Below, piece after piece: positions 26,517-35,605 of a stretch of DNA of 52,515 nt (position 1 is the stretch's first letter; each line of letters begins with the position of its first letter). Source of the stretch: a virus (Duplodnaviria; Heunggongvirae; Uroviricota; Caudoviricetes); the IMG/VR virus record IMGVR_UViG_2724679237_000006, positions 1 to 52,515 of that record; one strand, 5' to 3'. The notes beneath the pieces are model-generated. The model searched no databases. It saw only the letters and a program-made list of their open reading frames with translations, and was not told the DNA's origin. A program made the position numbers and the translations under genes.

Positions 26517-29271
26517 GTTTTCGCTGGTCAGGCCACCGCAGCAGGTCTGCTTTGCGGCGGGCGCGTTCAGTGGTTTCACTGATTCTCTGTGCGTGCTCTG
26601 CGTCACGGATGGTGCGCAGCATGTCAGAAAGTACGGTAACGGGTGTTTTCATGGTGTTCTGGTCCTGCTGAATTGTGGATGCCAGGCGTGCGGCGGCTTC
26701 TGGGTCTGATGCCCCGAGCTGTTTCAGATAGCTGGAAACCGGGTTATGGCGGATTTCCGTGCTGTTTACGCCGTGATTACGGCTCAGGCGCTGCCAGAGT
26801 TGTGTGATTCGGCTGTCCGGTCGGGTATCCGGTTTACGTACAATTTCAAATCCCTGCGGTGCAATGATGCTGCCGTCAACGTACAGACTGCCGCCCCGTA
26901 ACAGGTGCTGCATCTGTTGTTCACCGATATGCAGGCCGAGAGATTCGGCAGACTCCCGCCATTCTTTAGCGAGTAACTCGTGGTTATCAGGCAAAGGCCG
27001 CGGCTGTTTGCGGCTCTGTGTCCAGTTCTGCATTTCATCACTGTTGTTTTTTGCCTGTTTGTCACGCAGCGAACGCATCAGCGCCCGGCTTTCGTGCCGT
27101 TTCAGTGAGCGCATCCATTCATCCACATCAACGCCGTCAGGAAGCTGCGGCCACGGTGCTGGCCGTTCTTCCGGCTGTTCTGTCCCGTTGTTGTCCGTTT
27201 CCTGTACACGGGGACAGTTATTGCCACGAGTCCAAGGGGCGGCAGGGCCGCCCTGAAGGTCAAAACCATTTTCGCGGGCGCTGTCTTCCGCTTCCGGTTT
27301 ACGTCTTACCAGCTTCCAGTTATCCGGGTGCGTGCACACGCGGGAAGACTCCCCGATTTGTGGCGACCAGATCCCGTAAATCTGTACGCTTTGCTCGCCG
27401 TAATCGTTCAGCTCTTCTGCGAGGTCGTAGGCGGTGCGAATCAGGTAATCCTTGCGTGGAACAAGTACGCCACCCTGTTTCTCAATGTAGGTGGCAAAAC
27501 ACCCGGCATCAGCGGCAGCGAGTACCGCATCCATTGCGTCATTTTCCAGACGTTGTGGACCTTCCGGGTTGCGGGCCATCTGACTGGCAAGGCGGCGGAG
27601 TTCACGCCATACTTGACGGGAGGGGATACCAAAGAACTGGAACTGGCGGACGCGGTGAAGGCGCGCCCAGCCGATGGCGCGTTCCACGCTCTCGGCCATT
27701 GATTTTCCGGTTTCGTGATCAACGCGTGGCTTGCCTGTTTTCGGGTCAATGCCATCCACGGCGCGGCTGTCCAGGTTCTTTCCGATGTAGGTGGCGATGT
27801 AGCTGGTCGGCGTACCTTTCGAACCGTCGACGTACTCTGCCTTAAAGCGCGGAGTTATGTCATTGCCCAGCTCGTGGCGGTCTTCGCGAATGGCAATATC
27901 ACGGGTGATGTCCACGATGCTGTCGATTTCTTCAGGATGTGCAAAGACCATCATGTGCCAGTGCACGGTGCCGTCATGGTGTGGCTCCACCGTGCGGATG
28001 CCATACCAGCGCAGGCCGTCGCGATTCAGTTTTTTGCGGACCGCCTTAAAAAAAGTGTTAACCAGGTAATCACTGGAATCGCGCATGGTGGCGCCGTTCC
28101 ATTTGGGATTCGGATGACCGTTCTCTGTTGTAGCGTGGTATTTTGACGGGCAGGTGACAGTCAGAAACACCGCTCTGTCGCCACGGGCTTCGGCCAGAAG
28201 TTCCAGTCCCTTCATGGTGGCCATCATTTCTGCCTTACGGTGGACCGGGTTACTTACTCCCGCGTAATACACTGTCTCGAGATCAATCGTGAACCCGTCT
28301 TCATTTTCCAGCATGAAACTTTTCAGGAAATCGCGTGTTTTCTCGCGCTGTGCGCGAAATTCACTTAATGCGTCCTGACTCAGATAGGGTGATGTTTTTC
28401 TGGAAACCAGACAGGCAGCGCGGAGTTGTTCCTCTCTCCATTCGCAACGTAAAAGCCACAGTTTGCGTTTCCACCAGTCCGCACAGGTCAGGCGGAGGAT
28501 TGCACCCGGCAGCAGTTCCGTGTCCGGTTCGTTCTTCCGGTCTTTGTCTGTTGTCAGTGCGTCATAATGCGGCGGCACTGTGTGCAGATGTAACGCCATG
28601 CGGGCCAGCATCTGATACGCCTTCAGCGTTATATCCATGGTCAGCTCGCCGTCGGTCGCGCCACAGCCATCGCAGAGTTTTTCGAAGGTGCTGCTGAACA
28701 TTGCCGCCGTCATGACGGCCAGCGTCTGTATCTGGTGCTTGTTGAGCTGTGGCAGGTACAGCAAATCGTCCAGACGTTCACGTCCGGCAAGGGAGCGATA
28801 ACCCGGAGTCAGCCAGCGACGGTCGGTGCGGGCCAGGCGTTCGAATATTTTGCGCAGGGTTCCGCTCGCATAGCGTTCCGCCTGCTGGTTCTTTTTGCCT
28901 TTCTGGTGGCCAGATTCCTGTTTTTTGCGCAGGAAAGAGAGATGGCGGATAAGCGGATCACGCAGATAGGACGGCAGCAGACGCAGCGAGGCCATGGCTT
29001 CATCCACCGCACCGCGTGCCTGCTTTCTGGCTTCTCTTGCCAGTGTGATGACTTTGTCCTGTTTTTCCTGTGCGTCCAGGCTTTTATTAATCAGATTGCC
29101 CAGTGGTGCAGCGGAGAACGCCGCATCAGCCATTTCCTGGCGGCGCTCGTTCTCTGCCCGGTAGGCATCCAGCCAGGAAGAAAGAAGGGAGGGGCGGACA
29201 GGCTCCCCCGTTCCCTCGCGACCGACTGCATGGCGTGGTTGTTGCCAGTCTCTGATGTACTCCGTTGCCAC
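26476..29271 (-). CDS. A: Replication initiation endonuclease, gpA-like (HUH rolling-circle initiator)
   Basis: 931 aa; HHDGTVHWHMMVF (HUH motif) and SYIATYIGKNLD (catalytic Tyr region) as in P2 gpA. Confidence 0.8.
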   Translation of the reverse strand: MATEYIRDWQQPRHAVGREGTGEPVRPSLLSSWLDAYRAENERRQEMADAAFSAAPLGNLINKSLDAQEKQDKVITLAREARKQARGAVDEAMASLRLLPSYLRDPLIRHLSFLRKKQESGHQKGKKNQQAERYASGTLRKIFERLARTDRRWLTPGYRSLAGRERLDDLLYLPQLNKHQIQTLAVMTAAMFSSTFEKLCDGCGATDGELTMDITLKAYQMLARMALHLHTVPPHYDALTTDKDRKNEPDTELLPGAILRLTCADWWKRKLWLLRCEWREEQLRAACLVSRKTSPYLSQDALSEFRAQREKTRDFLKSFMLENEDGFTIDLETVYYAGVSNPVHRKAEMMATMKGLELLAEARGDRAVFLTVTCPSKYHATTENGHPNPKWNGATMRDSSDYLVNTFFKAVRKKLNRDGLRWYGIRTVEPHHDGTVHWHMMVFAHPEEIDSIVDITRDIAIREDRHELGNDITPRFKAEYVDGSKGTPTSYIATYIGKNLDSRAVDGIDPKTGKPRVDHETGKSMAESVERAIGWARLHRVRQFQFFGIPSRQVWRELRRLASQMARNPEGPQRLENDAMDAVLAAADAGCFATYIEKQGGVLVPRKDYLIRTAYDLAEELNDYGEQSVQIYGIWSPQIGESSRVCTHPDNWKLVRRKPEAEDSARENGFDLQGGPAAPWTRGNNCPRVQETDNNGTEQPEERPAPWPQLPDGVDVDEWMRSLKRHESRALMRSLRDKQAKNNSDEMQNWTQSRKQPRPLPDNHELLAKEWRESAESLGLHIGEQQMQHLLRGGSLYVDGSIIAPQGFEIVRKPDTRPDSRITQLWQRLSRNHGVNSTEIRHNPVSSYLKQLGASDPEAAARLASTIQQDQNTMKTPVTVLSDMLRTIRDAEHAQRISETTERARRKADLLRWPDQRKQKTDRNGIHKSRK

Positions 29272-29276
29272 GCCGA

Positions 29277-29642
29277 CTACTCCGCCTTTCCGCTCAGTGC
29301 ATTGTGGCAGACGGTAGCCAGCCGCTGGATTTCCTGCATGGTGCTCTCTGTGCTGGCATAACGGTGTGTTATGCGAATGCTGTCAGCAATTACATCAGCA
29401 ATCAGAGATGAAGTTCGCTGGTAAATACCCAGTACGGAAGGCGTGCCGCTTTCGATGCGGGAAAGTGTGTAATCCTCCTGGCAGCTACCAACCATGTAGC
29501 GCCCGTCAATAACAATCTGGCCGTCCGGGAGCTGCTGTTCCGGCAGTGATTTCAGATACATTGCATAGCGGTCGAGAACGCGAATACCAAAATCGCGCTC
29601 GGTTTTCAGCAGGTAATCAAAAAAGTCTTCGGCGAGAATCAT
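29277..29642 (-). CDS. Hypothetical early-region protein
   Basis: 121-aa ORF immediately upstream of A on the same strand. Confidence 0.4.
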   Translation of the reverse strand: MILAEDFFDYLLKTERDFGIRVLDRYAMYLKSLPEQQLPDGQIVIDGRYMVGSCQEDYTLSRIESGTPSVLGIYQRTSSLIADVIADSIRITHRYASTESTMQEIQRLATVCHNALSGKAE

Positions 29643-29783
29643 TGCGGCAATCCTCTTGTTGCAGATGTGCGAAGGCCTCTTGCCGCAAGGTGCAGGAAAG
29701 GCCCGGAACAGGAATTAACGGAGTTTGTTTTGCTGCCGGATGAGCTGCTGAAGCCCGACGTGGTTTCCGGCAGTTGGAGGTGC

Positions 29784-30029
29784 TCATGCTCTGATTTCTC
29801 TCAGTAGCTGGTTGAACATCTGGGTTAGAGGGTTGCTACACCCAAACGGCATCGGGTTTACCTGATAAGAAAAGCGACCGCCTGTTTTGCGCTCTTTTCT
29901 TATGACTGAACCGCTGCGCCAGAGACGGCGTAGCTCCGCATTAATGGTTGTGGTTGGTGTATTCAGTGCTGCGGCGATTTCTCCACCGCTACAACCCGGA
30001 TTGGCAGCGATGTAGTCCAGAATGGTCAT
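29784..30029 (-). CDS. Small winged-helix-like DNA-binding protein (hypothetical)
   Basis: 81 aa, ILDYIAANPGCSGGEIAAALN...LRRLWRSGSV resembles a wHTH. Confidence 0.4.
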   Translation of the reverse strand: MTILDYIAANPGCSGGEIAAALNTPTTTINAELRRLWRSGSVIRKERKTGGRFSYQVNPMPFGCSNPLTQMFNQLLREIRA

Positions 30030-30280
30030 CTGCGTGACTCCTGTACCTGTCTGATAAGATTCACCTGCACCACGTTGGTGGCGCAGAAGTAAGTACCGTC
30101 AGTGAGATAGATGTGATGTGCATCCTTTTCTGAACGGTGTTTGTCGATTGTGGTAATCAGGCGTTCGTCAACTTCGTATTCACGTCCTCTGGAGGTGAAA
30201 CGAACGACAGGAAAATGCTTAATTGCCATTACGCCTCCTTGGCGTGTGCGAATACCTCCGCGAATGCGGATTGTTTTCAC
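30026..30280 (-). CDS. Hypothetical early-region protein
   Basis: 84-aa ORF; start may be the internal Met (MAIKHF). Confidence 0.35.
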   Translation of the reverse strand: MKTIRIRGGIRTRQGGVMAIKHFPVVRFTSRGREYEVDERLITTIDKHRSEKDAHHIYLTDGTYFCATNVVQVNLIRQVQESRR

Positions 30281-30425
30281 ATTTTCTTATTTAACCTGGA
30301 GTCTTATTTGCGCGGTTATTCTTCAGTGAAAAAGCGTTCAATCTTTTTTACTGAATTAATAATTCGCATAATCCCAATAGCGCAGGCCACCGAAATAATC
30401 AGAACAAGCCATGAGATAAATATAC

Positions 30426-30668
30426 TCATGCAATATTTCCCAGTTTATATGGCTCAATATGGTCCCCGTTTTCTGCGGCGCAGACGAGTACGGAAAGCTC
30501 GTCGAGCGCGTCCGGGTCGTCAACGTAAAAAGCCGTGTCGTATATACTCTTGATAGCTCTGGTCAATGACTCTCGGGCTGCGCGTTCAGCATGAGCGCCT
30601 GATGCGTTTAAGCGAAAATGAAAGCGCTCAAGTGCTTTATTGACGAGAGTTTTATATTCTTTATCCAT
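30426..30668 (-). CDS. Hypothetical early-region protein
   Basis: 80-aa ORF in the early operon. Confidence 0.35.
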   Translation of the reverse strand: MDKEYKTLVNKALERFHFRLNASGAHAERAARESLTRAIKSIYDTAFYVDDPDALDELSVLVCAAENGDHIEPYKLGNIA

Positions 30669-30679
30669 CGCAACGCCCT

Positions 30680-30958
30680 TTAATCTGCCTTCTGAATTTC
30701 AGCTTCTGAATCCATGCAGATAATTTCGAGATAGGGTTTATCGCTATTAACCTGACGTGCTTTTTCAGCTTCTCTAATAATTTCGCATACGGGTTGATAT
30801 GGAATCTCTACGGTCAGGCGTGTGCCGTTCAGATAAATGTAAGTGGCCGTGCTTTTATCTACCGGAACCACTCCATCAATAGCTGATGCGCGCAACAACA
30901 GCTCACCGCGAAAATCAATAAAGCGGATAAATACACCCTGAGCATGGTCTTTGGTCAT
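30680..30958 (-). CDS. Hypothetical early-region protein
   Basis: ORF 30680-31057; likely start at MTKDHAQ (30958) to avoid overlap with the upstream gene. Confidence 0.35.
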   Translation of the reverse strand: MTKDHAQGVFIRFIDFRGELLLRASAIDGVVPVDKSTATYIYLNGTRLTVEIPYQPVCEIIREAEKARQVNSDKPYLEIICMDSEAEIQKAD

Positions 30959-30968
30959 AAAGCACCTG

Positions 30969-31319
30969 TTATAAATCAGCCTGTTTAATGAAATTCTGTC
31001 CACGCAGCAGACGATCAACCGTGCGCAGAGCTTCGTACAACGTGAAATCCTGTCCAAACTGATTGTCGCCGTTGCTCAGAGCAAAAATGCGGTTTCCGGT
31101 AAATGGGTTGCGTTGGCATCTGTGAACCACGATTCCAGCTTTCTCAATCAGCCAGGTGTGTTCACCAATTTGTTTTACGGGATGGCCATCAGGTGTAGCG
31201 TGTGTTTCGCTCAGGCTGTAGCGAGTGTTGCTACGTGATGTACTGATAGCGAAACGGTTAGCGTGGCGTTCTACGCCATTACGAAATTTGGAGTATGGAA
31301 TATTAGTGTTTTTTTTCAT
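30969..31319 (-). CDS. Hypothetical early-region protein
   Basis: 116-aa ORF. Confidence 0.35.
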   Translation of the reverse strand: MKKNTNIPYSKFRNGVERHANRFAISTSRSNTRYSLSETHATPDGHPVKQIGEHTWLIEKAGIVVHRCQRNPFTGNRIFALSNGDNQFGQDFTLYEALRTVDRLLRGQNFIKQADL

Positions 31320-31340
31320 GATGATGCTCTGTTCATTGTT

Positions 31341-31544
31341 TTAGCTGTTAGCCAAAGCGTCTTTTAACATCGCCACAAGGTTTACTTCAGGCTTTTCCAT
31401 TTTGGCGCGTTTGGGTCGGATAATAATTCGACCGTCAGCCAACATCTTTTTGCATGTATTAAGAGGGATACCTGTTATCTCTGCATATTTCTGCAGGGAT
31501 ACATAGGGGGCATTCACATTGATATTGATGGTTATACCTGACAT
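31341..31544 (-). CDS. Small HTH DNA-binding protein (Cox/Apl/CII-like regulator candidate)
   Basis: 67 aa; LQKYAEITGIPLNTCKKMLADGRI looks like an HTH. Confidence 0.45.
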   Translation of the reverse strand: MSGITININVNAPYVSLQKYAEITGIPLNTCKKMLADGRIIIRPKRAKMEKPEVNLVAMLKDALANS

Positions 31545-31560
31545 CCCATTAGCCTCCTGA

Positions 31561-31767
31561 TCAGGAAGATTTGTTTTGTTCTTTCTGGGTTAGCTCTAGG
31601 CCGCGAAGGAAGATCATGCGCGCCATGTTAGAGGATGAGCGTTGTTCTTTAGCTGCCATTTCATCAATGACGGCTCGCTCCTCGAGGGACAGCCGAAGTG
31701 CCAGTCTTGGACCTGTGGCGGTGTTACGCGGAATGCGTGATCTGGTATCGTGAAGAACTTGTTTCAT
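31561..31767 (-). CDS. Ribbon-helix-helix (CopG/Arc-like) regulator, first gene of early operon
   Basis: 68 aa; LRLSLEERAVIDEMAAKEQRSSSNMARMIFLRGLE fits the RHH pattern. Divergent from the C-like repressor gene. Confidence 0.5.
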   Translation of the reverse strand: MKQVLHDTRSRIPRNTATGPRLALRLSLEERAVIDEMAAKEQRSSSNMARMIFLRGLELTQKEQNKSS

Positions 31768-31809
31768 AGTGATATATTGTGATCATCTAATAGCTCGTGA
31801 AATCATTTT

Positions 31810-31827
31810 GGTATCAAAAAAGATACC
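31810..31827. promoter_or_regulatory. Perfect palindrome ggtatc-aaaaaa-gatacc in the divergent early/repressor promoter region
   Basis: 18-bp dyad 15 bp upstream of the repressor start codon; candidate operator. Confidence 0.45.
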
Positions 31828-31842
31828 TGTCAAGGTTTTTGT

Positions 31843-32247
31843 ATGAAAAATGATATTGGTCAGAGGTTGCGTGAGGAAAGGGAAAGATTGGGACTTAGTC
31901 AAGTTGCTATGAGCGACATTGGTGGAGTCAAAAAGCTAACTCAGCTTAGATATGAGAAAGGAGATAGCTTTCCTGATGCTGCGTATTTGGCAGCGCTGTC
32001 TCGTTTTGGCCTTGATGTTCAGTATGTTGTGTTGGGAATTCACTCACCTGAAACTTATAACGATGATGAGCAGGAGTTGATTACTCGCTTTCGAGCAGCT
32101 TCGTTAGATGTGAAAAACGCGGTGATCGGGGCTTTAAAAGGTGCGGCCAGTGAAAAGGAAACTCAGCCATCAGGACGTGAGTTAAATATTTCTGGCGGTA
32201 ATAACCGTATCGCTGGGCGTGACTATAACGAAACTAAGGGTAGGTGA
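31843..32247 (+). CDS. Immunity repressor, XRE-family HTH (C/CI-like)
   Basis: N-terminal HTH (LREERERLGLSQVAMSDIGGVKKLTQLRYEKGDSFP); divergent from the early operon and on the same strand as integrase, as for P2 C. Confidence 0.65.
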   Translation: MKNDIGQRLREERERLGLSQVAMSDIGGVKKLTQLRYEKGDSFPDAAYLAALSRFGLDVQYVVLGIHSPETYNDDEQELITRFRAASLDVKNAVIGALKGAASEKETQPSGRELNISGGNNRIAGRDYNETKGR

Positions 32248-32262
32248 TAGTAGGGAGGTGAC

Positions 32263-32913
32263 ATGGCCGTCAACTCAAACGGTTCAAACAATCGCGTTGC
32301 TGGGCGTGATTTTCACGAAAAGAATATTCAGATAGGGCGATATGATGGTTCTCATACCGTCAATATCGCAATCCCTTCGAATAATGATGATGACGATCGC
32401 CCTTTGCTTAAGGCTCAGCGTAAGGAGCTAAATAGCTTGGTTGCTGCTATTGCAGAAGCTAGCAATACTGAAGCGTTTATTATTTGGCAAAAAGTACATG
32501 CGGAGATTGGTGTAGCTGGTATTGATGATATGACAGTAAATCAATATAAAACAGCGGAGAGTTTTCTGCATGCAATGCTTGAGCGATGTAAAGATCATGA
32601 TGCCTGTAAGGCTCTTGTAAGTTTATTACTACGTAACAGTGAAGACTGTGGACTTCGACAAAAACTTCTGCGGTATTGCCATATCAATTTCGGTACAGGA
32701 CGTTTAAACGATCTTACTCGTTCTCAGTTGCAGTCTGCATTGTCGTGGTTAGAGCAACAATCGGTATCAAGCAACACAGAGAATTCGACCTTACCAGAAG
32801 TCCGACTTCGTGCTTCAGAATTAATCCGACTTTATCCAAAAGAAATAATATTCTTTATCTGCGTAGGGGGGGTGGTAGGTGGTGCCATTTCTAGGATGTT
32901 TTTTAATTTGTAA
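32263..32913 (+). CDS. Hypothetical protein with C-terminal TM anchor (cargo gene between repressor and integrase)
   Basis: 216 aa; N-terminus repeats the motif NNR(V)AGRD(F)HE found at the repressor C-terminus; C-terminal hydrophobic segment IIFFICVGGVVGGAI. Confidence 0.45.
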   Translation: MAVNSNGSNNRVAGRDFHEKNIQIGRYDGSHTVNIAIPSNNDDDDRPLLKAQRKELNSLVAAIAEASNTEAFIIWQKVHAEIGVAGIDDMTVNQYKTAESFLHAMLERCKDHDACKALVSLLLRNSEDCGLRQKLLRYCHINFGTGRLNDLTRSQLQSALSWLEQQSVSSNTENSTLPEVRLRASELIRLYPKEIIFFICVGGVVGGAISRMFFNL

Positions 32914-32942
32914 TCTTACTTGAGCTAAATTGAGGTAATGGT

Positions 32943-33290
32943 ATGAAAGTAAAAAATGTTCAACTATTAGTTACTTTTTTATCTATGTTTTCTTTTTCTG
33001 CCGTCGCAATGCCTTTTAAAAATATTGAACGTGAGAGTTTCAATGGGGTATGGCCATTTAATACTGATGAGGTTCAGTTACAGTGTCTAGATGGTAATCC
33101 TTATGTGATGAATTTTGACGATAATAAGTTATATGCGCTTACAGGTTTGGCTCGAATAAAAGGTAAAACATTTGGTGCGTTACCGTTAGATAACAATAAT
33201 CCATTTTGGCTGGATAATGATGCCGCCCCAGGGTTAAAAAAGAATCTGGGAGATGTCACTAAGGCTGCATTTGATTTATGTGATAAGTAA
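32943..33290 (+). CDS. Small secreted protein of unknown function (cargo gene)
   Basis: 115 aa with signal peptide (LLVTFLSMFSFSAVA); AT-rich coding sequence. Confidence 0.45.
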   Translation: MKVKNVQLLVTFLSMFSFSAVAMPFKNIERESFNGVWPFNTDEVQLQCLDGNPYVMNFDDNKLYALTGLARIKGKTFGALPLDNNNPFWLDNDAAPGLKKNLGDVTKAAFDLCDK

Positions 33291-33295
33291 CTAAA

Positions 33296-34297
33296 ATGTC
33301 GGTTCGTAAGATTCCATCAGGTAAATGGCTTTGCGAATGTTATCCTTACGGGGCATCGGGAAAACGTATTCGTAAACAGTTTGCGACAAAAAGTGAGGCG
33401 CTCTCTTATGAGCGCCGTTTAATGAATAGTAGAGTTGGAGACGAGTTTCAAGATGGTTCTGGTCCTCGTCTTTCTGAGTTGGTTGCTCGTTGGTTTGAGA
33501 TGTACGGTAAAACCTTGTCCTCTGGTGCAGAGCGCAAAGTCAAACTTGAGTCTATTTGTTCCAGGCTGGGAGATCCATTTGCTTCTCAGTTTGACAAAAA
33601 TATGTTTGCTACTTATCGGGAAAGGAGGTTATCAGGAGAATGGAATCCCAAGGGGAAGAAAAAACTTAGTGAAGCAACCGTTAATCGCGAGCAGTCATAT
33701 CTACATGCTGTTTTTGCCGAACTGAAGCGCCTTGGGGAGTGGTCTGGTGAAAACCCCCTGACTGGCATTCGCAAGTTTCGTGAGGAAGAAAAGGAATTGG
33801 CGTTTCTGTATGTAGATGAGATTGAACGCCTTCTGATTGCGTGTGATGAGTCACGGAATAAAGATTTGGGGGTTGTTGTCCGTATTGGGCTTGCGACTGG
33901 TGCTCGGTGGAGTGAAGCTGAAGGATTAAAGCAATCTCAAGTGCTGCCCGGTCGAATCACATTTGTTAAAACTAAAGGAAAGAAGAACCGCACTGTACCG
34001 ATTTCACCTCAATTGCAGGCTATGCTTCCTAAAAAACGAGGAGCGTTATTTTCACCATGTTATGAGGCTTTTGACGCTGCAATTAAGAGAGCGAAGATCG
34101 AGCTTCCTGATGGGCAATTAACTCATGTGCTACGTCACACGTTTGCCAGTCATTTTATGATGCGGGGAGGAAATATTCTTGTGTTGCAAAAAATACTGGG
34201 GCATAGCGATATAAAAATGACTATGCGTTATGCGCATTTTGCTCCAGGTCATTTAGAGGCTGCAGTTGAATTGAACCCTTTTGACAATAGAGGGTAA
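33296..34297 (+). CDS. int: Tyrosine integrase, P2 Int-like
   Basis: 333 aa; GKRIRK.F..KSEA, GARWSEA, RITFVKTK..K.RTVPIS, LRHTFASHFMM.GG.I..LQ.ILGH....MTMRYAHFAP match P2 Int as recalled, including catalytic R..H..R..Y. Confidence 0.9.
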   Translation: MSVRKIPSGKWLCECYPYGASGKRIRKQFATKSEALSYERRLMNSRVGDEFQDGSGPRLSELVARWFEMYGKTLSSGAERKVKLESICSRLGDPFASQFDKNMFATYRERRLSGEWNPKGKKKLSEATVNREQSYLHAVFAELKRLGEWSGENPLTGIRKFREEEKELAFLYVDEIERLLIACDESRNKDLGVVVRIGLATGARWSEAEGLKQSQVLPGRITFVKTKGKKNRTVPISPQLQAMLPKKRGALFSPCYEAFDAAIKRAKIELPDGQLTHVLRHTFASHFMMRGGNILVLQKILGHSDIKMTMRYAHFAPGHLEAAVELNPFDNRG

Positions 34298-34403
34298 AAA
34301 GTGGCGATAAAAAGTGACAATAGATTCAAATGGCATCGTATAGAGCTATTTGCAAAGTTAATAAAATCATAAGGTTATGATTTATAAATGGTGGTTGATA
34401 GTT

Positions 34404-34458
34404 TTTAAAATCCCTCGGCGTTCGCGCTGTGCGGGTTCAAGTCCCGCTCCGGGTACCA
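34404..34458 (+). other. 55-nt 3' fragment of a tRNA-Leu gene (anticodon loop to CCA), an attachment-site core
   Basis: tttaaaatccctcggcgttcgcgctgtgcgggttcaagtcccgctccgggtacca matches the 3' portion of an enterobacterial tRNA-Leu (UAA, leuZ-type) as recalled; upstream sequence cannot form the acceptor and D arms. Confidence 0.75.
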
Positions 34459-34502
34459 TGGGAAAGATAAGAATAAAATCAAAGCAATAAGCAGTGTCGT
34501 GA

Positions 34503-34525
34503 AACCACCTTCGGGTGGTTTTTTT
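34503..34525 (+). terminator. Rho-independent terminator after the tRNA fragment
   Basis: Stem aaccacc / ggtggtt, loop ttcg, followed by ttttttt. Confidence 0.7.
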
Positions 34526-34588
34526 GTATCTTCTTTCTCATTTCCGAAGATGCGTCCGAAGATGATTTTTCTCTGGACGCATCATCAT

Positions 34589-35605
34589 TCATTTTCTCTG
34601 GCCACCAACTACGGGCACTACTTTAACTTTCCGGTCATATGCTGCTGTCTGTCGCGGGTTCTTATGCCCGGAAATTGCTTGCTTCTCTTCCAGGCTGCCT
34701 TCCAGATCAGAGATACCTTTTGCTTTCAGATCATGAAATGTGAAGTCTATTTGCAGATGAGGATATTTTTCCTGTGCTGCCGCTTTGACATCACGCCAAC
34801 GAGAGTTAAAACCATCACGGGTATACTTGCCACCGGTAGTTTGATGAATCACAAACAGGCTACTGATTCCCGTTTTTAATGGCAGAGAACGAGCCAGAGC
34901 TATCGCTTTCTGCAGACGAGGCGACCAGGCTTTGATTTGCTTAACGCCGGTTTTTCCCTGACGAATGTAGATCCCGGAATCGAACAGCTGGTCTTTCTGC
35001 AATGAAAGTACATCACTCTGTCTGGCCACGCATAAGTAGGCAATCTCCATTGCTACGCGAACAACATCAGGAGACACTTCATAAACGGCCTGATATTCTT
35101 CATCCGTAATATAACGTTCGCGAGCTTTCTCTTTAAACTGTTTAACTCCCTGACAAGGATTCCTCTGAACATAACCTCGTTCATAACCCCAACGGAATAC
35201 CCGGGACATAAAGCTTTTTTCCCTGTTTGCCTGAGTTCGGCTTGATAAACCGCGTTGATCCATATAGCGCCGAATATGTTCAGGTTTGATTTTATCCGGG
35301 TCGATCTTCCCGAAGACAGGCAGAACTTTTCCGGAATATTTTGTGTAGTCTTTCCGGGTTTCGACTGCCAAATCCATAAAATCAGGGGAGGTCATGAATT
35401 GTTCCGTGAGCGCCTGAAAAGTATTTCTTTCTTTTTCGTCACCGACCGCTTTTTCATATGCCAGCCATACGGCTGATCGTGGTGCATCCAATGCGCACAG
35501 GCGTATCGCTTTGTTATCTTTATTCCTGAATTCGTAGGCCGCTTTGCCCTGGTAAACACGAGGCGGCATCCAGTTATCTGCTGGGTTCTTTCTCTTTCCG
35601 GCCAT
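34589..35605 (-). CDS. int: Tyrosine integrase (lambda Int family) of a second element
   Basis: ORF 34589-35635; N-terminal arm-binding-like MAGKRKNP..NWMPPRVY and C-terminal catalytic region (HDLKAKGISD...GH....TAAYDR). Confidence 0.85.
   Translation of the reverse strand: MAGKRKNPADNWMPPRVYQGKAAYEFRNKDNKAIRLCALDAPRSAVWLAYEKAVGDEKERNTFQALTEQFMTSPDFMDLAVETRKDYTKYSGKVLPVFGKIDPDKIKPEHIRRYMDQRGLSSRTQANREKSFMSRVFRWGYERGYVQRNPCQGVKQFKEKARERYITDEEYQAVYEVSPDVVRVAMEIAYLCVARQSDVLSLQKDQLFDSGIYIRQGKTGVKQIKAWSPRLQKAIALARSLPLKTGISSLFVIHQTTGGKYTRDGFNSRWRDVKAAAQEKYPHLQIDFTFHDLKAKGISDLEGSLEEKQAISGHKNPRQTAAYDRKVKVVPVVGGQRK

Noticed and set aside
26804-28697. Plus-strand ORFs inside replication gene A (26804-27256, 27018-27845, 27715-28146, 28335-28697)
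   Set aside because: Overlapping-frame artefacts opposite a long, well-supported gene; Arg/Cys/Pro-rich low-complexity translations.
34404-34458. Complete tRNA-Leu gene
   Set aside because: Only the 3' 55 nt match tRNA-Leu; the upstream sequence (aaggttatgatttataaatggtggttgatag) cannot form the acceptor-stem 5' strand or D arm, so it is an att-core fragment, not a functional tRNA.
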